A stretch of 64,000 nucleotides of DNA from Erysipelotrichaceae bacterium (GTDB lineage: Bacteria; Bacillota_I; Bacilli_A; RFN20; CAG-826), in NCBI GenBank assembly GCA_015059185.1, contig SVAY01000008.1:1587-65586 (forward strand), read 5' to 3'. This document shows positions 9,928 to 19,412 of this stretch, in pieces. A model generated the notes under the pieces. That model did not search any database and was not told where the DNA came from. It worked only from the letters and a program-made list of their open reading frames with translations. Numbering within the stretch: position 1 is the stretch's first letter; every line of letters starts with the position of its first letter. The translations under genes were made by a program, and so were the position numbers.

Positions 9928-11503
9928 CTAATGCTTCACTTTCCTTATTTCTTTTGATATTTAAAATGAGTTCAGTCACTGCACTAGCGTCGAGTAATAA
10001 GAAACTGATTCCGGTCACTAAACAGATAACACCAATGTTAAATTGATTTAACGCAATCGCGAGTCCACCGGTACTCATGCCCATATTAACCGCACCACTA
10101 ATGATTAAGCCAATAGCTAAAAGAGATAAAACTGATACTGCTATAGAATTAGCCTTAATAGAAAAGTCATGAGCCTTACCTTCTTTATAATCTTTAAGGA
10201 ATCTAATAATGTGGTTAATAGCAATTAATAAAGTACCTGCTCCGACAAATATTAAGCTCCAGAGCCAGCTCCAATAACCGTCTTGCCCCATATTAAAGGC
10301 ACTATCTCTAAGAGGTTCCATAAAGACACGGGTAAAGCCATACCAAATAATATAGCCAAATGCTAAATCGCCTGGGGCAGTAATATGCTTAAGTTTAATA
10401 CCAAATAAATGGGCTAAAACAAAGTAGCCGAATAAATTCACTAAAAATTCAATAAAGAATAATGGGGCATAGATATACCCTTCTTTTGCCCAACCATTTC
10501 CCACTGCACTAGAATAATGAGCGTTATTAAATATCACTTTAGGAAGCCATCCCCAATAAGCTTCAGGAACGAGTCCACCATGTACTTCACAGTTAAAGAA
10601 ATTGCCCCATCTACCAATCGCTTGAGCAATAAGTATGGTCGGAACAATAATATCAACCGCTCTAAAGATAGAACGGCCTTTATTTGTTTTCATATAAACT
10701 AATACACCAACAATGATACCAGCAATTGCTCCACCTAAAATGGTTAAGCCACCTTCCCAGATAGCAATTATGCTCCACCACTCGCCACGCGCAACTCGAA
10801 CATCAAACCCATCAAGTTTCCAGTTACCAATAACATAAGCGATACGAGCACCGATAATACCAGCAGGGAACGCTACTAAGAATGTTGCATCAATTGTCCC
10901 GTGTTTACCATATTCCAGATATAATTTATGGTCGCATAAGAAATAAACAAATACGGCACCTAGTAAAATACAGATTGCGTAGAAAGCAATATTTGGACGT
11001 CCACTTTGATCAGGGCGGACAAAGCCTTCTGTAAAACTTAAGCCATTAGGAAGTAAGAAATGTTCTCCTCCTAATCCAATTAAACCATCAGTATAAAGGA
11101 ATAAAGATAAGACGCTTAAAGGAATCGCGGCCATCAAGGAATAGAAAAGCACTTTATCAAGCTTCTCTGGTAGTCCTTTTTTATAATAATGAATGATAAA
11201 TGCATTAATGCCAATTCCTAAAGAAGCGCTGAAGAATAATCCTCCAAAAATTACTTGAAGATATTCATACCACGCAGCATTATATTGGTTCCAAATATAT
11301 ACGGATAATGTACCTAATATAAATAAAACACTAAAAACAGCTAATAAAGCGATAATATGTTTAAGATATTTTTTATAATCAATTGTTTGTCTTCTATCCT
11401 TAACTAGATTGACAGCTTTATAAATACTAAATCCAAGAGCTCCAAAGCCAATCACCATCGCGGCAATGAAATAGACCATACCAGAAATTTGAATACCTGT
11501 CAT
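9920..11503 (-). CDS. lgt: Prolipoprotein diacylglyceryl transferase with extra membrane segments
   Basis: IIGARIAYV, AQAIGRWGNFFN signature, RVFMEPLR; 527 aa. Confidence 0.9.
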   Translation of the reverse strand: MTGIQISGMVYFIAAMVIGFGALGFSIYKAVNLVKDRRQTIDYKKYLKHIIALLAVFSVLFILGTLSVYIWNQYNAAWYEYLQVIFGGLFFSASLGIGINAFIIHYYKKGLPEKLDKVLFYSLMAAIPLSVLSLFLYTDGLIGLGGEHFLLPNGLSFTEGFVRPDQSGRPNIAFYAICILLGAVFVYFLCDHKLYLEYGKHGTIDATFLVAFPAGIIGARIAYVIGNWKLDGFDVRVARGEWWSIIAIWEGGLTILGGAIAGIIVGVLVYMKTNKGRSIFRAVDIIVPTILIAQAIGRWGNFFNCEVHGGLVPEAYWGWLPKVIFNNAHYSSAVGNGWAKEGYIYAPLFFIEFLVNLFGYFVLAHLFGIKLKHITAPGDLAFGYIIWYGFTRVFMEPLRDSAFNMGQDGYWSWLWSLIFVGAGTLLIAINHIIRFLKDYKEGKAHDFSIKANSIAVSVLSLLAIGLIISGAVNMGMSTGGLAIALNQFNIGVICLVTGISFLLLDASAVTELILNIKRNKESEALDA

Positions 11504-11505
11504 AA

Positions 11506-14346
11506 TTACTCCTTCGTGTAATGTCCTTTTGCTAATACATCCTTTAAATAAGCGCCTGTATAACTACGTTTAACTTCAGTAATCTCTTCTGGAGTGCCGG
11601 TCGCCACAATATTGCCACCCTTATCTCCTCCTTCAGGTCCTAAATCAATCACGTAGTCAGCAACTTTAATGACATCTAAATTATGTTCAATCACGATGAC
11701 AGTGTCCCCGTGATTAACAATTCTATTTAATACATTGATTAAGCGTTTCACATCATCTGAATGTAAGCCGGTTGTAGGTTCATCTAAAACATAAACTGTC
11801 TTACCGGTTGGACGACGTTGTAATTCGTTAGCGAGTTTCACTCTTTGAGCTTCACCGCCTGATAGGGTAGTTGCACTTTGTCCAAGTTTAATATAGCCTA
11901 ATCCTACGTCATATAAGACCTGAATCTTTTTCTTAATGGAAGGACGATTCTCAAAGAAATTAAGCGCATCTTCTACTGTCATTTCTAAAACATCATAGAT
12001 ATTTTTGCCTTTATAGGTGACTTGAAGAGTTTCTTCGTTATATCTTTTCCCATTACACGCTTCACACTTAACATAAACATCAGGTAAGAAGTTCATTGGA
12101 ATACGGGTCACTCCCGCACCTTCACAGTTCTCACATCTTCCTCCTGGCACATTAAATGAGAATCTTCCTTTATCATAGCCACGTGATTTAGCGTCAATCG
12201 TTTCAGAGAATAAATCACGAATATCATCAAATAATTTAATATAGGTCGCTGGGTTACTACGTGGAGTCCTACCAATTGGTTCTTGTGAGATATGAACAAC
12301 TTTATCAACATTTTCAAAACCTTCAATTGAACTCACTTCTCCTGGGAATGTTTCTTCTTTTGAGAAATATTTCTTTAAATGTAAATATAAAGTTTGATTA
12401 ACTAGAGATGATTTTCCACTGCCACTGACACCAGTCACTGCAGTAAAAGTACCAAGAGGGAATTTTACATTCACCTTATTTAAATTATTAATCTTTGCTC
12501 CTTTAATGGTGATATATTTACCGTTTCCTTTTCTACGTTTAGAAGGGATTGGAATAAATTCTCTACCAGAAAGATATTTACCAGTTAATGTATCGCTTTT
12601 AAGTAATCCCGCAACATCACCTTGATAGGTAACTTCTCCACCATGCACTCCAGCGCGTGGACCAATATCAACAACATAATCCGCACTTCTAATTGTTTCT
12701 TCATCGTGTTCAACAACGATTAAGGTGTTACCTAAATCTCTCATTGAACGCATGGTTTTGATTAATCTTTCATCATCTTTTTGATGTAAACCGATACTTG
12801 GTTCATCCATGACATATAAAACACCGGTAAGTTTACTACCCACTTGTGTTGCAAGTCTAATACGTTGAGATTCGCCTCCAGAAAGAGTCATCGCCATACG
12901 AGATAAAGTTAAATAATCTAAACCAACATCATTTAAGAATGTTGTTCTATTATCAATTTCTTGAAGGACTAAAGAAGCGATATTGTTTTGAGATTCGCTG
13001 AGTTTAGATGGTAAATCTTTAATCCATTTGTTGAGTTTACCGATTTGGAGAGTGGTGACTTCATAGATATTAAGTCCATCAATACGGACAGAGAGAGCTT
13101 GTTGATTGAGTCTTGCACCTTTACATGTAGTACAAACACTATCACGCATAAATTTCTCGTAATAATCTCTCATCCAATCACTACTGGTCTCACGATATAA
13201 TCTTTCAAGTTTAACTTTGACACCTTCAATATAGCCAAGACGATTCATCGTATTACCACTGCTACTCTTGAGTTGATATTTATGAACTTCAGGAGAGCCA
13301 TAGAAAATAATATGTTTTTGATCTTCACTTAATTCTTTCCAAGGTTTATCTAAAGGAATCTTATAAAGTTCACATAAAAGTTTAAATTCTTGCCATTCAA
13401 GATTTAATGTACCAACCATATGACGGTAATATTCAATACAACCTTGGTTGATACTTAATGTTTCATCAGGGACGATAAGTTTAGGATCAGCTTCACGTTT
13501 AATACCTAAACCGTTACAGTCAGGGCAGAATCCTTGAGGGGAATTAAACGAGAATAAACGTGGTTCAAGTTTAGGAACGGAGAAACCACATATTGGACAT
13601 GTATGTCTATCACTTAATAATTTCTCTTCAAAATCAGTATATATAACAAGTAAACCATGACTCCAATCTAAGACTGTTTCAATGGATTCATAGATTCTAC
13701 TTCTTGCTTCTGGTTTAGTAATAATACGATCAACAACAATATCGATACGATGCTTTTTAGTCTTTTCAAGTTCTTTCACTTCATCGATACTAATGAATTC
13801 GCCATCCACTCTTAAACGGGTGAAACCCTGTGCTCTAATACGGTCAAGTACATCCTTATGGGTACCTTTTTCATCATGGATTACAGGTGATAATAGTTGG
13901 ACTTTTGTGCCTTCTGGATAACTTAAAACGATATCAGTCATACGAGAAGCACTGAAAGAGATGATTGGTTCATTGTGACGTGGGCAATATGGAACACCAA
14001 CACGAGAAAAGAGTAATCTTAGATAATCATATATTTCCGTCACTGTACCAACCGTACTTCTTGGGTTATGGGAAGTTGATTTTTGATCAATGGCAATGGT
14101 AGGAGATAAGCCTTCAATTGAATCAACATCTGGTTTATCGTAGTTACCAAGGAATTGTCTAGCATAGCTAGAAAGAGATTCCATATATCTTCTTTGGCCT
14201 TCGGCAAAGATCGTGTCAAATGCTAAGGTAGATTTACCACTTCCGCTTAAACCAGTAAAAACAATAAGTGAGTTTTTTGGTAAAGTAACATCACAGTTTT
14301 TTAAATTATTTTCCCTAGCGCCTTTAACGATAATATTATGATTCAT
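11506..14346 (-). CDS. uvrA: Excinuclease ABC subunit A
   Basis: GLSGSGKS, GVSGSGKS, two LSGGE signatures, zinc fingers. Confidence 0.98.
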   Translation of the reverse strand: MNHNIIVKGARENNLKNCDVTLPKNSLIVFTGLSGSGKSTLAFDTIFAEGQRRYMESLSSYARQFLGNYDKPDVDSIEGLSPTIAIDQKSTSHNPRSTVGTVTEIYDYLRLLFSRVGVPYCPRHNEPIISFSASRMTDIVLSYPEGTKVQLLSPVIHDEKGTHKDVLDRIRAQGFTRLRVDGEFISIDEVKELEKTKKHRIDIVVDRIITKPEARSRIYESIETVLDWSHGLLVIYTDFEEKLLSDRHTCPICGFSVPKLEPRLFSFNSPQGFCPDCNGLGIKREADPKLIVPDETLSINQGCIEYYRHMVGTLNLEWQEFKLLCELYKIPLDKPWKELSEDQKHIIFYGSPEVHKYQLKSSSGNTMNRLGYIEGVKVKLERLYRETSSDWMRDYYEKFMRDSVCTTCKGARLNQQALSVRIDGLNIYEVTTLQIGKLNKWIKDLPSKLSESQNNIASLVLQEIDNRTTFLNDVGLDYLTLSRMAMTLSGGESQRIRLATQVGSKLTGVLYVMDEPSIGLHQKDDERLIKTMRSMRDLGNTLIVVEHDEETIRSADYVVDIGPRAGVHGGEVTYQGDVAGLLKSDTLTGKYLSGREFIPIPSKRRKGNGKYITIKGAKINNLNKVNVKFPLGTFTAVTGVSGSGKSSLVNQTLYLHLKKYFSKEETFPGEVSSIEGFENVDKVVHISQEPIGRTPRSNPATYIKLFDDIRDLFSETIDAKSRGYDKGRFSFNVPGGRCENCEGAGVTRIPMNFLPDVYVKCEACNGKRYNEETLQVTYKGKNIYDVLEMTVEDALNFFENRPSIKKKIQVLYDVGLGYIKLGQSATTLSGGEAQRVKLANELQRRPTGKTVYVLDEPTTGLHSDDVKRLINVLNRIVNHGDTVIVIEHNLDVIKVADYVIDLGPEGGDKGGNIVATGTPEEITEVKRSYTGAYLKDVLAKGHYTKE

Positions 14347-14404
14347 AGCAAATAGATTTTATCAAAATACCTGTAATAAGAAAATCAATACTTATATTGA
14401 GATT

Positions 14405-15859
14405 CTAATTAAGGTTTTCTCTACTCCCTTCTTGATAAGTGATGGAATTTGTTCTTCTTTCATAAACATATGGGGTGGCATAAGTATCAAATACTTTCTT
14501 GCTCTTACTCTTAAAGAAGATGAGATAAACGATAATACAAATTGTCCAAGAAATTGGATAAGTAGCAAATAACCAATATAAGTTATGGAAGAAATCGAGT
14601 TGAAATAAAGTATAAATAAATGCGATTCTAAAGCCCACAATTGAGACCAAAGTAACAAATGTTGGGAAGAAGGAATATTTAAGTCCACGATAATATGCGG
14701 ATAAAGATTCATTAAACCCACAGATGAAATAAGTTAATGAGATAATGATGATACGTTGATAGCCATACTCAAGGATCTCTTCAAACCCTTCTTCAGATTC
14801 ACTAACCATAATCATCATTAGAGGTCTTCTAAGTAAAAAGATACCGATACCGATAATACTAGGAATGATTAATTGAAGTAAGAAAGCATATTTAAGTCCT
14901 TTAAGAACATTATCTTTCTTCCTCGCTCCATTATTTTGTGCGATGAATGTCATCGTTGCACTGGATAAAGAGTTAATCACTAAATATTGATATCCTTCAA
15001 TGGTACTAGAAGCACTACTACCAGCTGTGGCTAAAGGACCAAATGTATTAATGGAAGCTTGAATAATCACGTTAGTAATATTAAAAACAACTGATTGAAG
15101 ACCAGCACTGATACCAAGTTTTAAGATATCTAAAGTCTCACTTTTATATAACTTAAGTTTAGAAAAACGGAAATTCACATATATCCTTTTATCGTGATGA
15201 AGGAAATAGATAACAGCAGCGGCTCCTACTCCTTGAGAGAGGACTGTGCCTAATGCAACACCAAAAACATCCCAGTTAAAAACGATAACGAATAATAAGT
15301 TAAGACCAATATTAACAACACCAGAAACGATTAAAGCATATAAAGGTCGACGGGAATCGCCATACGCTCTAAGGATGGCAGCACCAAAGTTATAGATCAA
15401 GATAATTGGGGCGCCAGCTAAATAAATTCTAAGATATGTTGTCGCGTCTTTAAGTAAAGATTCGTCACAATGCATAGCAATCAAAATAGGCTCAGCAACG
15501 AACCAACCAACAAAAGAAATGATTAAACCGGCAATAAGAGCAAGAACCATTGCTGATTCCGTTGTTCTAAAGGCTCTAACTCTATCTCCGATACCTTTTG
15601 CATTAGCAGCAACAATATTGGCTCCTGTTCCAAGTCCTAGAAATAAACCGATTAATAAATTAATAGAACTATTGTTAGTGCCGATTGCAGCCATTGATTT
15701 TGCTCCACCACCAAACCAGGAGACAGTTAATAAATCAACGGTAGTAAAAAGCATGCTAAGAATGGAAGTTAGCATGATCGGTAAAGAATAAAGGACTAGT
15801 TTTTTAAATAGATTACCAGTCGTTAAATCATGTCTATCCGCTTCAATAACTTTTTGCAT
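14405..15859 (-). CDS. MATE family efflux transporter
   Basis: DLTTGNLFKKLVLYSLPI, LRAYGDSRRPL, about 12 TM segments. Confidence 0.9.
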   Translation of the reverse strand: MQKVIEADRHDLTTGNLFKKLVLYSLPIMLTSILSMLFTTVDLLTVSWFGGGAKSMAAIGTNNSSINLLIGLFLGLGTGANIVAANAKGIGDRVRAFRTTESAMVLALIAGLIISFVGWFVAEPILIAMHCDESLLKDATTYLRIYLAGAPIILIYNFGAAILRAYGDSRRPLYALIVSGVVNIGLNLLFVIVFNWDVFGVALGTVLSQGVGAAAVIYFLHHDKRIYVNFRFSKLKLYKSETLDILKLGISAGLQSVVFNITNVIIQASINTFGPLATAGSSASSTIEGYQYLVINSLSSATMTFIAQNNGARKKDNVLKGLKYAFLLQLIIPSIIGIGIFLLRRPLMMIMVSESEEGFEEILEYGYQRIIIISLTYFICGFNESLSAYYRGLKYSFFPTFVTLVSIVGFRIAFIYTLFQLDFFHNLYWLFATYPISWTICIIVYLIFFKSKSKKVFDTYATPYVYERRTNSITYQEGSRENLN

Positions 15860-15920
15860 GCTATATATTGTATATATATTTATATATAAATCAAATAATT
15901 TGCTTATATAATATTATTAA

Positions 15921-15997
<77 letters not shown>

Positions 15998-16006
15998 AAC
16001 TAAAGA

Positions 16007-16030
16007 AAAAGGAGTATTTATACTCCTTTT
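16007..16030. terminator. Bidirectional terminator
   Basis: AAAAGGAGTA-TTTA-TACTCCTTTT between the tRNA and the convergent peptidase gene. Confidence 0.75.
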
Positions 16031-16052
16031 ATTATTAAAATACAGCTTAGCT

Positions 16053-16994
16053 TTATATAGTTGGATTATTTTGGTTACAACCACAATAGCACTCATAGTC
16101 AATAATATAATTATTTGCATGATAATGATCTAAATTTCCATAGTCCAGAGCAGCAACATAGTAGATTGCACTATACGTGGAATTAAATAGACTATTGTGC
16201 GTAGTTGATGAGTTGTAACCAAAGTTAGCGTATATGGTATCTCCACTATAATCATACGCAACCACCGAATGTCTATTAAGACCCGAGGTGCTTCTTATGT
16301 GGACAACAACCGGTTTTCCGTTATCAATATAATTTTTAATGTATCCTTTCATTTGGCTTTGAGTGTATGTGTTGTAAGAATTATCTATTTCCATTACAGT
16401 AACGACGTTTGAACTACCATAAAATGAATTCAATAATGCTTGATAATCCCATCCTCCAATTTCAGCAACAAAAGAACTAGAGTTATTTGTATTATTGAGG
16501 GTATTGTGAATAACAGTTAATTTACTTTCTAAATTATTATTTTGTGTCGAATTGCAAAAATCATAATAAGAAGAATAAACAGAATTACTATAATCCTGCC
16601 TTACAACGCCAGGAGAATTAGAGTTCGCCTGTGATAGAGATGTATTATTTAGAGGTCCGTCATCATAAACTTCCGGAATAATGTAGTCATTGTAAAATGT
16701 GTCATAATAAGACATCAACTGTATCAATGACACGTACCCACACGTCCCAGTTGCAGTGTTCATGGGTGAATAATTGTATAAATATTTAAAATAAGATATC
16801 CTGTTAAAATTTGTGTAAGCAAGATAATCTGGATTACTTCCACTTTCATTGCCTTCACCGTCCCCGATATGACGAGGCATCAATTCACTAGAATGAATAA
16901 TGCTTTTTCCAATGTTATCTCGCGGCACAACCATAGTTCGATTAATGGTAATGAGCGATAATGATAAACCAATTGTTAATAATATAGACACCAT
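16053..16994 (-). CDS. Secreted papain-like (C10/C39-type) cysteine peptidase-like protein
   Basis: Signal-like N-terminus; TGTCGYVS, RHSVVAYDY, YANFGY give a candidate Cys-His-Asn triad. ATG 16994 follows GGAGG; the ORF extends to 17000. Confidence 0.6.
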   Translation of the reverse strand: MVSILLTIGLSLSLITINRTMVVPRDNIGKSIIHSSELMPRHIGDGEGNESGSNPDYLAYTNFNRISYFKYLYNYSPMNTATGTCGYVSLIQLMSYYDTFYNDYIIPEVYDDGPLNNTSLSQANSNSPGVVRQDYSNSVYSSYYDFCNSTQNNNLESKLTVIHNTLNNTNNSSSFVAEIGGWDYQALLNSFYGSSNVVTVMEIDNSYNTYTQSQMKGYIKNYIDNGKPVVVHIRSTSGLNRHSVVAYDYSGDTIYANFGYNSSTTHNSLFNSTYSAIYYVAALDYGNLDHYHANNYIIDYECYCGCNQNNPTI

Positions 16995-17008
16995 AAACAA
17001 ATCCTCCC

Positions 17009-18244
17009 TTATTTGTTAAATATAATTCTAAAATCTTCAGTGGTTACTATCTCATAATTCTTATTTTGGAATGAAAATAATTTTGAAGAATATATTATAA
17101 TATTTTCTCCATATCCTTCTACTCGGTATTTTTCTTCTCCTACTTCACCCTCATATAAAACAAAACCAACCTTAAAGAAGTTATCAATGTTATATTTCTT
17201 TTCATCAATCACACTGATAGCGGTAATATCAGCTTCTATAGGATTGAAATAATAAAGCAAATTAAAACTATCACTAGGATATATAAGTTTGTTACTTAAT
17301 AAATAATAATCTTCTCTGTTTATTAAATAATCTCCATAGAAATCTAATTTATAAACCTTATCACCAATTATGTACTCTATTTTTATTTCTTCTTTTCCAG
17401 GTTCAATCATTCTTTTATTAGTTTTAATAAAGGTATTGTCTAATAAAGATAAGTAGTCATTAATAATGCTTTTATCGACGGAGTAATATGATTTATATAG
17501 ATCATAGTCTTTACTAATGTTAATAATGTCATATTCTATTCTTTCAACAGTTTCTTTATTAAAATTATCCCATTTATAAATATCTTTATAAGTATACCTA
17601 TAGGAATTCCAACTAGAAGAAGTATCATCAATTATAAACTTAATTTGTTTTTTAAAACCGCCGACTTCATATTCTAGGGTGTAGCGACCATTATTTATAA
17701 AAGAAATAAGATATATTGATTCATCATTATAATTTTGGTAATAAATCTTTGCGAATGATTGCTCATCAAATGTTACAACGTTACCAGTATAACTAATCTT
17801 CGCATCACTCGCTTTTTTACCATAAAAACTGAGTTCAAAATCTAAATATGTATTAGCGGGATAATACCCTTCGCTAGTTATAGATAATTTATTCTTTTCT
17901 CCCCTAATAGAAAAATCACTATCAACATCAATAATAGGAGAATTATCTTTTTGAAGAACCACTACTAAAGTTATTCCTATCGTCCCTAAAATTAATAAAG
18001 ATGATAAAGAAATAATTAAAGGCAAAATAAACCCTTTCTTCTTTTTATATTTATCGATCAATAATTCAGATTCATCAATATGAAAATAGTCCGCTATAGC
18101 CTTAGAAGTTTCTTTAGATGGTATTCCTAGACCCGCCTCATATTTAGCAATCGCACTTCTTGAGATGTGTAAATCTTTAGCAAGTGCTTCTTGAGAAATA
18201 TTCGCTTCACTCCTTAATCTTTTTAAAACGTCTTTAAAATCCAT
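17009..18244 (-). CDS. N-terminal XRE HTH, single TM and large predicted extracellular domain
   Basis: LKRLRSEANISQEALAKDLHISRSAIAKYEAG, then KKKKG and a hydrophobic helix. Confidence 0.8.
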   Translation of the reverse strand: MDFKDVLKRLRSEANISQEALAKDLHISRSAIAKYEAGLGIPSKETSKAIADYFHIDESELLIDKYKKKKGFILPLIISLSSLLILGTIGITLVVVLQKDNSPIIDVDSDFSIRGEKNKLSITSEGYYPANTYLDFELSFYGKKASDAKISYTGNVVTFDEQSFAKIYYQNYNDESIYLISFINNGRYTLEYEVGGFKKQIKFIIDDTSSSWNSYRYTYKDIYKWDNFNKETVERIEYDIINISKDYDLYKSYYSVDKSIINDYLSLLDNTFIKTNKRMIEPGKEEIKIEYIIGDKVYKLDFYGDYLINREDYYLLSNKLIYPSDSFNLLYYFNPIEADITAISVIDEKKYNIDNFFKVGFVLYEGEVGEEKYRVEGYGENIIIYSSKLFSFQNKNYEIVTTEDFRIIFNK

Positions 18245-18277
18245 ATTTCTATCTTACTATGATAAATATGAAAATGA

Positions 18278-18297
18278 TTGTTACTTTTTGTTACTTT
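18278..18297. repeat. Perfect 10 bp direct repeat (TTGTTACTTT)x2 upstream of the XRE gene
   Basis: Read directly from the sequence, 34-53 bp upstream of the start codon. Confidence 0.6.
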
Positions 18298-18311
18298 GTT
18301 TTTGGAATAAT

Positions 18312-18344
18312 AAAAAACTGCTAAGATAATTCCCCTTAGCAGTT
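18312..18344 (-). terminator. Terminator of the DegV gene
   Basis: AACTGCTAAG...CTTAGCAGTT hairpin with T-run on the minus strand. Confidence 0.75.
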
Positions 18345-18366
18345 ATTAGTTAACAATGGCTATTTA

Positions 18367-19266
18367 TTAGTCTTGGCCGTCGCCTTCGTATCTAGTGACT
18401 TCTTTACCATAGCAGAATGCTGCGATGGTGGCTGGTCCACAGGTGGTACCAATGATTGGTCCCATTTTACAAATGGTGATGTTTTTAGTGCCGAGTTCTT
18501 CTTCAAATCTCTTCTTTAAGATTTCGACTCTTTCTGGACATAAAGCGTGGGTGATCCACACTCTATCATCTTTAGATAAGTCGATTGCATCTTTAATCAT
18601 ATTGAAGATGGTATCTAATGAACCCTTTGTACCTTTAGCCTTAGTGACAACTAAGTTATTTCCTTTACGGTCTGAGATGAAGATTGGCTTCACACCCATT
18701 AAATTACCAAAGAAAGCTTTTCCTGCCTTAATACGGCCGTTCTCCTTAAGATAAGTTAAGGTATCAACGGTACAGAATTGGTTATAGAAGAAACGACGAT
18801 CTTCCACTACTTTGATCGCTTCATCTAATGATGCACCAGCATCTCTAGCCTTACAAACGTCTTCAATTAACATTGCTAAGCCACAGCTAGCTAAGAAAGT
18901 TGAAGCGCTTTCCATTCTTCTACCTGGGTATTTTTCTAATAATTCTTCTTTTGCTAAATTATAGGAATTAATAGAAGCAGTTAAAGCGGTTGAACAACCT
19001 AAATAAAGAATGTCATATCCTTCTTTAAGATATTTTTCAGAAACTTTAGTAACTGTTTCTACAGAAATTAAAGAGGTCTTCACTTTATGGTGATCTTTTA
19101 ATAATTGATAGAATTCTTCAATAGTGAATTCTTTCCAGTCAAGATCAGCGATGGTATCTCTTCCATCAATGACTAAACCCATTGGGTAATAATCAACGTC
19201 GTATTTTTTTCTCATTTCAGCATCTAAATCTGAACATGAATCGGTAATAATCTTATATTTTGCCAT
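18367..19266 (-). CDS. DegV family fatty-acid-binding protein (FakB-like)
   Basis: IITDSCSDL, KTSLIS, STALTAS, LKENGRI, IGTTCGPATI. Confidence 0.9.
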   Translation of the reverse strand: MAKYKIITDSCSDLDAEMRKKYDVDYYPMGLVIDGRDTIADLDWKEFTIEEFYQLLKDHHKVKTSLISVETVTKVSEKYLKEGYDILYLGCSTALTASINSYNLAKEELLEKYPGRRMESASTFLASCGLAMLIEDVCKARDAGASLDEAIKVVEDRRFFYNQFCTVDTLTYLKENGRIKAGKAFFGNLMGVKPIFISDRKGNNLVVTKAKGTKGSLDTIFNMIKDAIDLSKDDRVWITHALCPERVEILKKRFEEELGTKNITICKMGPIIGTTCGPATIAAFCYGKEVTRYEGDGQD

Positions 19267-19290
19267 AGTAAACTCCTTTTACCGTGTTAT

Positions 19291-19319
19291 ATTCTACAAA
19301 AATAAAAGGCGTTTATCAA
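19291..19319 (-). promoter_or_regulatory. Sigma70-type promoter of the DegV gene
   Basis: TTGATA-17 bp-TAGAAT with a TG extension. Confidence 0.7.
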
Positions 19320-19325
19320 TCCAAT

Positions 19326-19355
19326 TGTTACACGTGTAACATTTAGTAACTAAAT
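19326..19355. repeat. Two abutting palindromes, TGTTACACGTGTAACA and ATTTAGT-A-ACTAAAT
   Basis: Perfect inverted repeats just upstream of the degV -35. Confidence 0.6.
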
Positions 19356-19370
19356 ATCATTTTTTGCATG

Positions 19371-19396
19371 AAAAAAGGATGGAATAAACCATCCTT
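19371..19396 (-). terminator. rpoBC terminator
   Basis: AAGGATGG-AATAAA-CCATCCTT with T-run on the minus strand. Confidence 0.75.
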
Positions 19397-19412
19397 ATAT
19401 TTTCTTTAGAAA

